Below are positions 53,675 through 62,676 of a DNA stretch of 64,000 nt, one piece after another. The number at the start of each line of letters is the position of its first letter. The first letter of the stretch is position 1. The notes under the pieces were generated by a model, which was not told the origin of the DNA, did no database searches, and saw only the letters and a program-made list of their open reading frames with translations. Made by a program: the position numbers and the translations under genes. The DNA is from an uncultured Anaerolineae bacterium (GTDB lineage: Bacteria; Chloroflexota; Anaerolineae; CG2-30-64-16): positions 1,316 to 65,315 of the forward strand of contig CAKZKT010000104.1 of NCBI GenBank assembly GCA_937124585.1, given 5' to 3'.

Positions 53675-54439
53675 ATGACTGCGTTTCTCGAAGCTATAAA
53701 CCTGCGCAAGACGTTCCTCGATCCGACGCGCTCGACCCTGCTGGCGCTCGATGGCTTGTCGCTCTTGGTGGCCGAGGGAGAGTTCCTGGCCATCGTCGGC
53801 CCGTCGGGCTGCGGCAAAAGCACCCTGCTCCGCCTGCTGGCCGGCCTGGAACGCCCCATCTCCGGCCAGGTGCGTCTGCGCGGCCAGCCGCTCACCGCGC
53901 CGCGTCGCGAGATCGGCTTCGTCTTCCAGCGCGCCAACCTGATGCCCTGGCGCACCGTCCTGGACAACATCGCCCTGCCGCTGATCGTGAGCCGCAGCGG
54001 CCAGACGCGCCAGGCGCAGGCAAAGGCGCGCGAGTGGGTGACGCTGGTGGGGCTGGAGGGCTTTGCCCATGCCTACCCGGCCCAGCTCTCCGGCGGCATG
54101 CAGCAGCGCGTGGCGCTGGCGCGCGCCCTGATCCACGAGCCCACCCTGCTGCTGCTCGATGAGCCGTTCGGCGCGCTCGACGCACTGACGCGCGAGCGAA
54201 TGAACAGCGAGCTGTTGAACATCTGGGATCGCCGGCGGGTGACGGTGGTGATGGTGACGCACAGCATCAGCGAGGCGCTCTTCCTGGCCGATCGCGTGCT
54301 GGTGATGGCCCCGCGGCCCGGCCGGGTGCGCGCGGAGTTCGCGGTGCCCCTGGCCCGGCCGCGCGACCGCGCCCTCATCACCGAGCCGGAGTTCGTGCAG
54401 CTGGTGCGCGCGGTGCGGGCCGAAATCAGCGACGTGTGA
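53675..54439 (+). CDS. ABC transporter ATP-binding protein (NitT/TauT family)
   Basis: Walker [11 protein letters not shown]-loop, signature [15 protein letters not shown], Walker [13 protein letters not shown] and an H-loop. Confidence 0.85.
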   Translation: MTAFLEAINLRKTFLDPTRSTLLALDGLSLLVAEGEFLAIVGPSGCGKSTLLRLLAGLERPISGQVRLRGQPLTAPRREIGFVFQRANLMPWRTVLDNIALPLIVSRSGQTRQAQAKAREWVTLVGLEGFAHAYPAQLSGGMQQRVALARALIHEPTLLLLDEPFGALDALTRERMNSELLNIWDRRRVTVVMVTHSISEALFLADRVLVMAPRPGRVRAEFAVPLARPRDRALITEPEFVQLVRAVRAEISDV

Positions 54440-54508
54440 AGCGGGCGAGGCCAAAACGCCCACGCGTCGGGCATCTTGCAGCGAGCGCGAGACATCTGGC
54501 CGCGCGCT

Positions 54509-55639
54509 TCACAGCAGGTCGGCCAGTGTCTCGATCAGCCGTGCGATCTGCTCAGGCGTGTGCGTGGCGAAGATGGCAATGCGCAGCGCGCCGCCCGGCG
54601 GGGTGCTGCTGTAGCTGGTCACATGGGCCACGCAGATATCGCGCGCGAACAGCTCATCGCGCAGTCGCGCCAGGTCGAGGCCGGGCCGCGCGGTCAGGCA
54701 GAGGATCGGCACGGGCAGATCGGGCAGCGCCCAGCCCAGACGGCGCAATCCGGCCCGCGCCTGCGCGATGTTGGCGCGCAGCCGGCTGCGCAATTCCGTG
54801 TCTCCGGCCATGAAACGGAGCGCCCAGGCCGCGGCACCGGCTGCCGGTAGCGGCGAGGGGCTGGTGGCCACCAATGCCTTCGCCTGCCGATTGAGCCGGG
54901 CGATCAGCGCCGCGTCGCCGGCGATCACCCCGCCATGGCTGCCGAGTGCTTTGCTCAGCGTGTGCGCCGCGTAGCAACGCACACCGGCATCGGTCGTCAA
55001 TCCCCAAAACTCCAGCGTGCCCCGCCCCCGCTCGCCCAAAACGCCGGTCGCGTGCGCGTCGTCCAGGCAGAGCAGCGCGGCGTCATAGCCGGCCAGCACA
55101 TCGCGGTAGGCCGACGCCGGCGCGATCTCACCGGAGATGGGGAAGACGCCATCGCTGAGCACGAGTGGCCGCTCTCCGGGCCGGAGATGACGACGCAGCT
55201 GACCGGCCAGATCATCGGCGTCCAGGTGGCGGAAGGGATGCACCGGCATGGCCGTCGTGCGCGCGCCGTCCCAGACGCTGTAGTGGCTGGACTCGTCCAC
55301 GAAGATGCGATCGTAGTTCCCGCGCAGGCCCTGTGCCAGGACAGCATTGCCCAAGTAGGCCGTCACATAGTAGAGTGCGGCCTCGCTCTCCCAATAGGTC
55401 GCGGCCGTGGCCTCGACCTCCCGGTAGAGCGGATGCTCGCCGTAGCCGCCGCGCGAGGTTGCCGTTCCCAGGCCATAGCGCTGCAGCGCCGCAACGGCGG
55501 CATCGAGCAGGCCAGGGTGGCTCTGCAATCCCAGATAGCTGCACCCGGCAAAGTAGTCGCGCCATCGCCCGCCGATCAACGTACGCGCGCCGACCGGGCT
55601 TTCCATCGCATAATCCATCATTGTGCCTGATCCGATCAA
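54509..55639 (-). CDS. PLP-dependent class I/II aminotransferase-fold enzyme of the alpha-oxoamine synthase (BioF/Kbl-like) family
   Basis: ...[15 protein letters not shown]..., [17 protein letters not shown] (PLP-lysine region) and the fold-type-I pattern. Confidence 0.65.
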   Translation of the reverse strand: MIGSGTMMDYAMESPVGARTLIGGRWRDYFAGCSYLGLQSHPGLLDAAVAALQRYGLGTATSRGGYGEHPLYREVEATAATYWESEAALYYVTAYLGNAVLAQGLRGNYDRIFVDESSHYSVWDGARTTAMPVHPFRHLDADDLAGQLRRHLRPGERPLVLSDGVFPISGEIAPASAYRDVLAGYDAALLCLDDAHATGVLGERGRGTLEFWGLTTDAGVRCYAAHTLSKALGSHGGVIAGDAALIARLNRQAKALVATSPSPLPAAGAAAWALRFMAGDTELRSRLRANIAQARAGLRRLGWALPDLPVPILCLTARPGLDLARLRDELFARDICVAHVTSYSSTPPGGALRIAIFATHTPEQIARLIETLADLL

Positions 55640-56661
55640 ACCGCCGATCCCACAAACGTGCGCGCGGCGATGAAACTATCTCGCAGATGCGCCGTCGTCT
55701 GGACATCGTCCTCGTATACGCCGTTGCGGGAACGGGACGAATGCAAGATGTGCCAGTCGCCCAGGCTGATGCCCACATGGGTGATCCTGGGCTGCCCATT
55801 CCGCTCGCCGAAGAAAAGCAGGTCGCCGGGCTGAAAAGGCGGCTCGACCGGCCGGCCGGCCGCGTACTGCATATCCGCATCGCGAGGCAGGGTCAGGCCG
55901 GCCAGACGATGCACGAGCTGAGCAAAGCCCGAGCAGTCAATGCCCAGCGCGGTGCAACCTCCCCACAGGTAAGGCGTGCCGATGAAGCGCGGGGCATCGG
56001 CGACGATTTGGCGACGCTGCGCGGCCGCGCCGACCGGCAGGGTGTTCAACGGCCGCAGGTCACGGGCAGCCGCCCAGCCCGTCTGCCCGCCGACGAGCGT
56101 CACGCGGCACCAGCCGCCCTCGGCTGCGTCCACGACAACCGCGGTCGGCGCCGGCACGCGCGTCACGAGCGCCGCATCGTCCGCGGGCCCCGCACGCAGA
56201 AAGCTCACCGCTGCGGCGACGAGGTGTGTGGCCTCGAATCTTGCCGCATCGGCCAGGTAGGGCCGATAGGCCCAGCCCAGGTAGCCGTCATCCTGGCGCA
56301 CGAAGCACCACCGTTCCTCTTCCTGCAGGATTTCCAGCCGCTGGCCGTTCAGCAGCTGGCTGAGTTGCTCGGCCAGGAAGGAAGGTTCGGCATAGAGGCC
56401 GGTCAGATTGGTCGCCACGCTCATGTGCTTCGGCTCGGGCCGGCGCAGGATGGTCACCGCGTCGGCAGTAAAAGCCAGGCCGGGGAAACGATCGGCCAGG
56501 TGGTCGAGCACGGCGGCCAGGGTCGCCGCGTCGAGCACTGCGCCCGTCAGCGCACAACGGCCCCAGTCGAGGGCAGTTGCACCCAGCCGACACACCCGCA
56601 CGCGGCGGTCTGCGTAGCTGCGGCCGATCTCGGCCAATGCGCTGCGAATATCATCCAGCAT
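55636..56661 (-). CDS. NlpC/P60 (C40) family peptidase with N-terminal SH3b-like domains (YkfC-like gamma-D-glutamyl-L-diamino acid endopeptidase)
   Basis: C-terminal GTPYLWGGCTALGIDCSGFAQLVHRLAG...GDLLFF...HVGISLG (Cys-His-His catalytic arrangement). Confidence 0.75.
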   Translation of the reverse strand: MLDDIRSALAEIGRSYADRRVRVCRLGATALDWGRCALTGAVLDAATLAAVLDHLADRFPGLAFTADAVTILRRPEPKHMSVATNLTGLYAEPSFLAEQLSQLLNGQRLEILQEEERWCFVRQDDGYLGWAYRPYLADAARFEATHLVAAAVSFLRAGPADDAALVTRVPAPTAVVVDAAEGGWCRVTLVGGQTGWAAARDLRPLNTLPVGAAAQRRQIVADAPRFIGTPYLWGGCTALGIDCSGFAQLVHRLAGLTLPRDADMQYAAGRPVEPPFQPGDLLFFGERNGQPRITHVGISLGDWHILHSSRSRNGVYEDDVQTTAHLRDSFIAARTFVGSAV

Positions 56662-56684
56662 CAGAAAATGCTCCTCTTATCGGA

Positions 56685-57770
56685 TCATCCCAGGACTTCA
56701 GCGTAAACGCGCGCCATGTTGCGCCAGCAGACCTTCTCCACCTGCGTCGGGGTGAGCCCGGCCGCCGACAGCAGCTCGGCGATAGCGGGATAGCTCTCCG
56801 CGCCGGTGAGACCCGCCGGCATGGTCAGGATGCCGTCCAGGTCGCCGCCCAGGCCGATGCAATCTTCACCGCCCACCGCGATGGCATGGAGGACATGCCG
56901 CGCGATCCAGGTGGCCGGTGGCAACGGCAAATTGCGTAGTTTCTGGCGGGTCTCCTCGTAGATGCGCTTCTTCTCGGCCGGATCAGACGCCTGGCCGGCG
57001 GCAGCATAGGCCGGTTTGGCGATGGCATCCCACAGCGCCAGATAATCCGGCGCCAGGAAATCGGCCGACAGGTTGATGCCCATCACCCCGCCCCGATCTG
57101 CCAGCGCCCGAATCTGGGCATCGGTCAGGTTGCGCGGGCTGGGGCACAACGCGCGGCAATTGGAATGGCTGGCAACGAAAGGCCGCCTGGTGATCTGGCA
57201 GATCTGGTCGAAAGCGGCGTCCGAGGCGTGCGACACGTCTACCATCACGCGCAGCGCCTCGGCCAGTTCGACCAGCCTGATCCCCTCGGCTGTCAGCGGG
57301 CCGCCATCGCCCATGCTGGTGCCCGCGAATTCATTGTCGCTCCAGGCGGGGATCAGGTTGCGCACGCCCAGCCGGTGAAAATGGCGCAGGTTCTCGGCCT
57401 GGCCCTCCAACGGATCGGCGCCTTCGAGGCCGAGCAGAGCGCAGAGCCGGCCATCGGCCGCGCCGGCATCCTGCACATCCTGGCCCGTGAGGCCCAGCCA
57501 CATCCGGCCGGCCGCCGCCTCGATCCAGCCTCTGATCACGGCGATGATCTCTTCGGCGAAGGACTGCAGGCTGCGATCGGGATAGCGGCTGCGCGGAGCG
57601 AAGACGGCGAACACTTGCACGCGATGTCCGGCCGCCAGCAGGCGTGGCAGGTCTGTATGGCTGCGACCGCGGCCGGCCACAAAATCGAACTCGCCATCGA
57701 ACGCCCGCATGACAGTGTCGCAGTGGACGTCGAAAAACTTCGGTTTGAGAACAGAAGGATTCATCATCAT
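56685..57770 (-). CDS. membrane dipeptidase, peptidase family M19
   Basis: About 360 aa from MMMNPSVL. FDVHCDT (HxD zinc motif), ..GL.G.D... and VDVSHASD match the renal-dipeptidase fold. The longer ORF back to 57899 overlaps the epimerase gene and is not supported. Confidence 0.75.
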   Translation of the reverse strand: MMMNPSVLKPKFFDVHCDTVMRAFDGEFDFVAGRGRSHTDLPRLLAAGHRVQVFAVFAPRSRYPDRSLQSFAEEIIAVIRGWIEAAAGRMWLGLTGQDVQDAGAADGRLCALLGLEGADPLEGQAENLRHFHRLGVRNLIPAWSDNEFAGTSMGDGGPLTAEGIRLVELAEALRVMVDVSHASDAAFDQICQITRRPFVASHSNCRALCPSPRNLTDAQIRALADRGGVMGINLSADFLAPDYLALWDAIAKPAYAAAGQASDPAEKKRIYEETRQKLRNLPLPPATWIARHVLHAIAVGGEDCIGLGGDLDGILTMPAGLTGAESYPAIAELLSAAGLTPTQVEKVCWRNMARVYAEVLG

Positions 57771-57810
57771 GGGAAGACGCACCAGGTCTTTTATGTCAAA
57801 ATGAGCGCGT

Positions 57811-58866
57811 TCAGGCGCCGTCGCTGCGCGGCAGCGCGCCGATGCCCGGTCGGGCCGGCACGTGGACGCGGCCGGCGCCCTCATACTGCACGCCGACAAA
57901 CGGATCGTCGGCGATCAGCAGCGGCGCGTCCAGGTCGAGCCAGTCGGCCAGGCCGGCAAGATGCGCCATGGCGGTCACGCCGAGGGAGGTCTCGATCATG
58001 CAGCCGAGCAGCACGCGAAGGCCGAGCTGCCGCGCCCGGCGAAGCATAGCCACGCCCGGCCCCAGTCCGCCGACCTTTTGGAGCTTGAGGTTGATGCCGG
58101 CCACACCGGCCGCGGCCAACGCCTCTACATCGGCCGGCGTCTGCACCGATTCATCGGCGATCACCGGCAGATGGGTGCGGGCCTGGACCCGGCCCATGCC
58201 TACGATGTCGTGTCGGCCGACCGGCTGCTCGATCATTTCCAGGTCGTAGCGTTCGAGCTGCGCGATGCGCGCTACGGCCTCCTCGGCCGACCAGCCGGCA
58301 TTGGCATCCACGCGCAGAACGGCGTCGGGGCGGGCCGCGCGCACGGCGGCCAGGCGGGCCGCGTCATCGTCGGAGCCGAGCTTGATCTTGAGGATCGGGA
58401 AACGGGCTGCTTCGCGGGCCAGCCGCGCCATCTCCTCCGGCTCGGCGATGGCGATGGTGAAAGAGGTGGACAGAGGGGCCGGCGGCGGCAAACTCAGCAA
58501 TGCGTGGAGCGGCACCCCGGCCGCACGGGCCAGGCGGTCGTGCAGGGCCAGGTCGAGGGCGCAACGAGCCGGCGCCGGGCCTTCTTCGCCAACCCAGGCG
58601 GCGATCCCCTCCACGGTCTCGGGAAACGGCTCCAACCGCCGGGCAGCCGCTTCCCAAACCGCGATCATGGCCGTGTCGGGCACGCCGTAGTAGGGCGGGA
58701 TGGCGGCCTCGCCCCAGCCGGAATCGTCGGCCAGGCGCACCCAAAAGGAAGTTCTCGTCTCGCTGACGCCGTAGGAGAGGCGAAAAGGATTGCGCAGATG
58801 CAGTGTGTGACGTTGCCAGCACAGGCGCGGCAGAGTTTCGGACATAACGCTCCGTTCGGATGTCAA
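57811..58866 (-). CDS. dipeptide epimerase (L-Ala-D/L-Glu epimerase-like), enolase superfamily MR/MLE subgroup
   Basis: ...KIKLG..., VDANAGW, ...IEQP... and ..DES... are the metal-binding K/D/E/D pattern of the MLE subgroup. Confidence 0.75.
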   Translation of the reverse strand: MTSERSVMSETLPRLCWQRHTLHLRNPFRLSYGVSETRTSFWVRLADDSGWGEAAIPPYYGVPDTAMIAVWEAAARRLEPFPETVEGIAAWVGEEGPAPARCALDLALHDRLARAAGVPLHALLSLPPPAPLSTSFTIAIAEPEEMARLAREAARFPILKIKLGSDDDAARLAAVRAARPDAVLRVDANAGWSAEEAVARIAQLERYDLEMIEQPVGRHDIVGMGRVQARTHLPVIADESVQTPADVEALAAAGVAGINLKLQKVGGLGPGVAMLRRARQLGLRVLLGCMIETSLGVTAMAHLAGLADWLDLDAPLLIADDPFVGVQYEGAGRVHVPARPGIGALPRSDGA

Positions 58867-59012
58867 GATAGCGGCGAGGTCAGGGTCGCCGAACGCCCTT
58901 CAAGGATACCACAGGGAGGCGCCTCCGACAAAAGAAGCCTGCGCCATTGGGAAAGATCGGGCAACCTGGTGTAAAATTAGGCCCGATCCCGACAGAAAGG
59001 AAACGTCCGACC

Positions 59013-59909
59013 ATGAGAAACGATTTCTACGGCTTGCCGATCCGCACTTTGGACAACGGCGCGATCCGTCTGGACTACCTGGCCGAGGCCGGCCCGCGCA
59101 TTGTCCGTCTGTTCGCAGCCGGTTCAGATGAGAATCTGTTCGCCGAGCTGCCCGACCTGCAAATCGAGACGCCGCATGGCCCCTACTTCATCCGCGGCGG
59201 CCATCGCCTGTGGCATTCGCCCGAGGCATTTCCGCGCTCCTACCTGCCCGACAATGCCGGCCTGAGCATCACCGAGCTGGCCGATGGAGTACGGCTCACC
59301 CAACCCATCGAGGAACCGACGGGCATCCGCAAGTCGCTGGAGATCCGCCTGACGCCGGATCAACCCATCGTCACCATCACGCACGAGCTGAAAAACGAGT
59401 GCATCTGGCCGGTCGAGCTGGCGCCATGGGCCATCACGCAGATGCGATTGGGAGGCGTCGCGATCCTGCCGCAGCAGACAACTGCGCTCGACGCCACGGG
59501 GCTATTGCCGAACAGACATCTCGTGCTGTGGCCTTACACGCGCTGGAGCGATCCACGCCTGCAGCTCGGCGACGACCTGGTCCTGGTGCGCGGCCAGGCG
59601 TTGTTGCCGCCCTGTAAGATCGGTTACCTCAACCGGCATGGCTGGTCGGCCTATCTGAACGGCAGTACGCTTTTCGTCAAACGCTTTGCGCCGGCCGCTG
59701 ACCTAGCGCATCCCGACTACGATTGCAACGCCGAGGTCTACGTGTGCGACCGCTTCATCGAGGTGGAGAGCATCGGCCCGCTCAGCCTGTTGTCGCCGGG
59801 CGCGTCTGCCTTCCACATCGAGACATGGGAGGTGCACACCGGCCTTCTGGAGACCGATACGCCCGAGGGCCTGCGCGCGGCGCTGCGCAGCCTCAAGCTG
59901 ATCGAGTGA
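59013..59909 (+). CDS. hypothetical protein (beta-rich, possibly mutarotase-like fold)
   Basis: AAAGGAAA RBS then ATG at 59013. About 298 aa. No motif confidently recognised. Its stop and the next gene's start are 2 nt apart. Confidence 0.4.
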   Translation: MRNDFYGLPIRTLDNGAIRLDYLAEAGPRIVRLFAAGSDENLFAELPDLQIETPHGPYFIRGGHRLWHSPEAFPRSYLPDNAGLSITELADGVRLTQPIEEPTGIRKSLEIRLTPDQPIVTITHELKNECIWPVELAPWAITQMRLGGVAILPQQTTALDATGLLPNRHLVLWPYTRWSDPRLQLGDDLVLVRGQALLPPCKIGYLNRHGWSAYLNGSTLFVKRFAPAADLAHPDYDCNAEVYVCDRFIEVESIGPLSLLSPGASAFHIETWEVHTGLLETDTPEGLRAALRSLKLIE

Positions 59910-59910
59910 G

Positions 59911-60585
59911 ATGCCGATGGCCGACGATGCTGTACTGATCGAGTTTGAGACGCGCTTGACGGCTGCCGAACGGGCCGCCCTGGCCGAACTGGACAGCCCG
60001 GCCGCCATTCAGGCCTACCTGGACGCCACGCCCTACAGCGTGGATGAACGCGATCGTTGCCCGCTCAGCGTGATGCGCGACCGGGTAGCGCACTGTCAGG
60101 ACGGCGCGCTGTTTGCGGCCATGGCGCTGCGCCGCCTGGGCTATCCGCCCCTGATCGTAGATCTGCTGCCGGAACCCGGCCTGGATGACGACCATATGCT
60201 GGCGGTCTACAGGCAAGATGGGTATTTCGGCGCGGTGGCGAAATCCAACTTCGTGGGGCTACGCTATCGGGAGCCGGTGTATCGCACCCTGCGAGAGCTG
60301 GTGATGTCGTACTTCGAGGTCTACTTCAACGTGGACGGCGTGAAAACGCTGCGCGGCTACACGGTGCCGCTGAATCTAGCCCGGTTCGATCAGCATGGCT
60401 GGATGTGGGACGATAAGGGACTGCGGCCAATCGAGGCGGCGCTCACCAGAGCGCGGCGTTTCGCAATCGCCGATCCGGCCATCATGGTCAAACTCAGCCG
60501 CGTGGATGAGCTCACCTATCGGGCCGGGCTGCTGGTCGCCAACCCGGCCGGGCTGTTCAAGCCCGACCAGGCGAAGGAAACGTAA
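59911..60585 (+). CDS. transglutaminase-like cysteine-peptidase-fold protein
   Basis: 224 aa. The ..AHCQDGALFAAMALRRLGYP.......DDDHMLAVYRQDGYFG.. spacing of Cys/His/Asp matches the transglutaminase-like core. Confidence 0.45.
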   Translation: MPMADDAVLIEFETRLTAAERAALAELDSPAAIQAYLDATPYSVDERDRCPLSVMRDRVAHCQDGALFAAMALRRLGYPPLIVDLLPEPGLDDDHMLAVYRQDGYFGAVAKSNFVGLRYREPVYRTLRELVMSYFEVYFNVDGVKTLRGYTVPLNLARFDQHGWMWDDKGLRPIEAALTRARRFAIADPAIMVKLSRVDELTYRAGLLVANPAGLFKPDQAKET

Positions 60586-60617
60586 AGACGGATTCGCTTT
60601 TTGCGGGTGAAAATTGC

Positions 60618-60682
60618 CACGTGCCAGGCATCCCCGGCCCGACCGGCGGAACCGGGCGGGCTTGCAGAGTGCCTGGCACGTG
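60618..60682. repeat. GTGCCAGGCAC palindromic (REP-like) element with an extended internal loop
   Basis: CACGTGCCAGGCA-[38-nt GC-rich loop with its own small hairpin]-GTGCCTGGCACGTGA, between convergent genes. Confidence 0.55.
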
Positions 60683-60710
60683 AGCACGGCTATTTTCAGG
60701 ACAACACACC

Positions 60711-61190
60711 TTATTCTTCGATCTCGTCCTCGTCTGGATCATCCGCGTCGTCCGCATCGGCTTCATCCGCAGGATGGCCGACATTCGGCAGCCGCGGCGA
60801 CCACCTTTCCACTGCATGGCGCTGCACGATCAGCGGTTCCTCTGCGCCGACGTCGAGCGCCAGTGCGCCCAGATCCCACCACATCACGGTGCCCGTGACG
60901 ACCTGACCGTTCCACAGGTGGAGCGTAAGCGGCTCCTGGCGGAGGGACATGGCCATCAGCGTTCGGCTGAGGGCCTTGCGCGGCCAGTCGAACCGCCAGC
61001 GCAGCTCTGCGAACGGCACGCCATAGAAATCGGCCAACATGCGAATGACGTCATCGTCCCCCATGGCCCGATAGCGCTGCTCCAGCTGGCGGTAAAGGCC
61101 CTTCGGCAGCTCGGTCGCTGCTTCGATCTCCCAGGGCGTGATGCCCTGTCGTTTGGCGCGCAGCAAGCGCAGGTAATCACCCAGGCTCAT
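60711..61190 (-). CDS. XRE-type helix-turn-helix domain protein with a C-terminal Hfq/Sm-like domain and an acidic tail
   Basis: N-terminal LGDYLRLLRAKRQGITPWEIEAATELPKGLYRQLEQ...MLADFYGVPFAEL (HTH_XRE-like). C-terminal LTLHLWNGQVVTGTVMWWDLGALALD...IVQRHAVE matches the Hfq Sm1/Sm2 pattern (hL.NG..l.G.i..fD.f.lll....lv.KHAI). A DEADADDADDPDEDEIEE tail follows. Translationally coupled to the upstream paralog. Confidence 0.55.
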   Translation of the reverse strand: MSLGDYLRLLRAKRQGITPWEIEAATELPKGLYRQLEQRYRAMGDDDVIRMLADFYGVPFAELRWRFDWPRKALSRTLMAMSLRQEPLTLHLWNGQVVTGTVMWWDLGALALDVGAEEPLIVQRHAVERWSPRLPNVGHPADEADADDADDPDEDEIEE

Positions 61191-61936
61191 GGCGTCGGCT
61201 CCTGGCGGCGTGGCCGGCGAGTGTAGCAGACGATCGCCAGCTTGTTCACCGTGACCTCGGCGCCATCGGGCGTCTCCACGGTGATGCTGTACGGACTGAA
61301 ACCGACGACGACACCGTCCACGGTTGAGCCGTCGAACAGCGTGAAATGGAGCAGATCGCGATGCTCCTGGGCGGCCGTCAGATAGCGGGCCTCGAACTCA
61401 TCCACGGCCTCCGGCAGGTAGGCGCGGTGGCGGGCCGGCATGGGCGTCGCCTGTACCCGGGCCTGCAGATCTTTGAGCAGCGTGCTGAAGGCACTGCGGT
61501 CCAGCGAGGAGAGCGGTTTGCCGAGTTCGGCTTCAAGCTCGGCTGTGGTCTTCTTGATGCGCTTGAGCAGGTTGTCGAGGTGCGCCAGCTGGCTCGGCCG
61601 CGGTGGCACGGGCGGCCGGGGGACCGGTTTGGGCCGCGCCGACTTTTCGCGCGGCCGCGGCGCCGGCGGCTTGGGAATCGTCACGGGCGCCGGCGGCGTC
61701 TCGCGGACGGGCTGGCGTTCGAGCGGTGCAGCGCCCGGCCGCGGATCTGACTGCAATTTAATGGTGCTCTCTTCTACGTAAAGGGCGCGGGCAAGCCGGC
61801 TGAGATGGCGAGGGTCAATGCTACGCTGGCCCGACTCGTATTCCATAATCAGGCCGATCGGCAGGCCGGCGCGATTCGCCAGCGCCGCAACGCTGATCCG
61901 CTTCTGCTCGCGCAACGCCCATAAATTTTCTGCCAC
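61187..61936 (-). CDS. XRE-type helix-turn-helix domain protein with a Pro-rich linker and a C-terminal Hfq/Sm-like domain (paralog of the downstream gene)
   Basis: GTG start with a CCAGGAGG RBS. N-terminal ISVAALANRAGLPIGLIMEYESGQRSIDPRHLSRLARALYV (HTH_XRE). A ~60-aa Pro-rich linker. C-terminal LLHFTLFDGSTVDGVVVGFSPYSITVE...VNKLAIVCY (Sm-like). Confidence 0.55.
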   Translation of the reverse strand: MAENLWALREQKRISVAALANRAGLPIGLIMEYESGQRSIDPRHLSRLARALYVEESTIKLQSDPRPGAAPLERQPVRETPPAPVTIPKPPAPRPREKSARPKPVPRPPVPPRPSQLAHLDNLLKRIKKTTAELEAELGKPLSSLDRSAFSTLLKDLQARVQATPMPARHRAYLPEAVDEFEARYLTAAQEHRDLLHFTLFDGSTVDGVVVGFSPYSITVETPDGAEVTVNKLAIVCYTRRPRRQEPTP

Positions 61937-62035
61937 AGTAACAACCTCCTGGTAGTCGCCACACTCAAAGTGAGCCTATCACTAAAGTATGAGGGAAGCC
62001 GCCAAATGTCGGTGTGAGCGATTACGTTTCCCGTC

Positions 62036-62635
62036 TCAGACGTTCGCCTCCGGCAATTGAGGCAGATCGGCGAGGCTTTCCAGGCCCAGATATTGCAGGA
62101 AACGCGCTGTCGTGCCGTACAAAAAGGGGCGGCCGGGCTGCTCCAGGCGGCCCACCGGCTCGATCAGCTCGCGCGCCAGGAGCGTACGCAAGACGCCATC
62201 GCAGTTGACGCCGCGCACCGCCTCCAAATCGGCTCGCGTCAGCGGTTGCTTGTATGCGATGACCGAGAGCGTCTCCAACGCGGCCGGCGATAGCTTGCTG
62301 GCGGCATCAACGCCCAAAAAGCGCTCGACATACGACGCCGCCTCAGGCGCGCTGACCAGTTGCACGCGATCGCCTTTGCGCTGAAGGCGAATGCCCCGCC
62401 GCCCGGCCCGATACATGTCGGCCAGGTCGGCCAGCGCGATCTCTACCGCCTCCTGGCTCGTTTCCAACAGCTGCGCCAGGCGGCCCACGGCCACCGGTTC
62501 GGCCGCCACAAACAGGATGCTCTCAATCAATGTCGGCAGCGTCGCCGCTTCGACAGGTGTATCACGCCTGGTTGCGGGCGACGAGACATCTTGTGATTCG
62601 ACAGGGAGTGCAGAGATCGGTTCGGATTCTGGCAC
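62036..62635 (-). CDS. scpB: segregation and condensation protein B
   Basis: Two winged-helix repeats: ...IESILFVA.EP......L.......A...L..L.......RG..L......V.L..... and ...LS.AALETL.VIAYKQP.TRA.LE.VRGVN.DGVLR.L..R.LIE..GR...PGRP.LYGTT..FL. GTG start at 62635 with a GAGGAG RBS and a TATAAT -10 about 35 nt upstream. Confidence 0.8.
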   Translation of the reverse strand: MPESEPISALPVESQDVSSPATRRDTPVEAATLPTLIESILFVAAEPVAVGRLAQLLETSQEAVEIALADLADMYRAGRRGIRLQRKGDRVQLVSAPEAASYVERFLGVDAASKLSPAALETLSVIAYKQPLTRADLEAVRGVNCDGVLRTLLARELIEPVGRLEQPGRPFLYGTTARFLQYLGLESLADLPQLPEANV

Positions 62636-62676
62636 AAGCTGCTCCTCACAGCCGATATAATGCCATGCGGCGCTGA

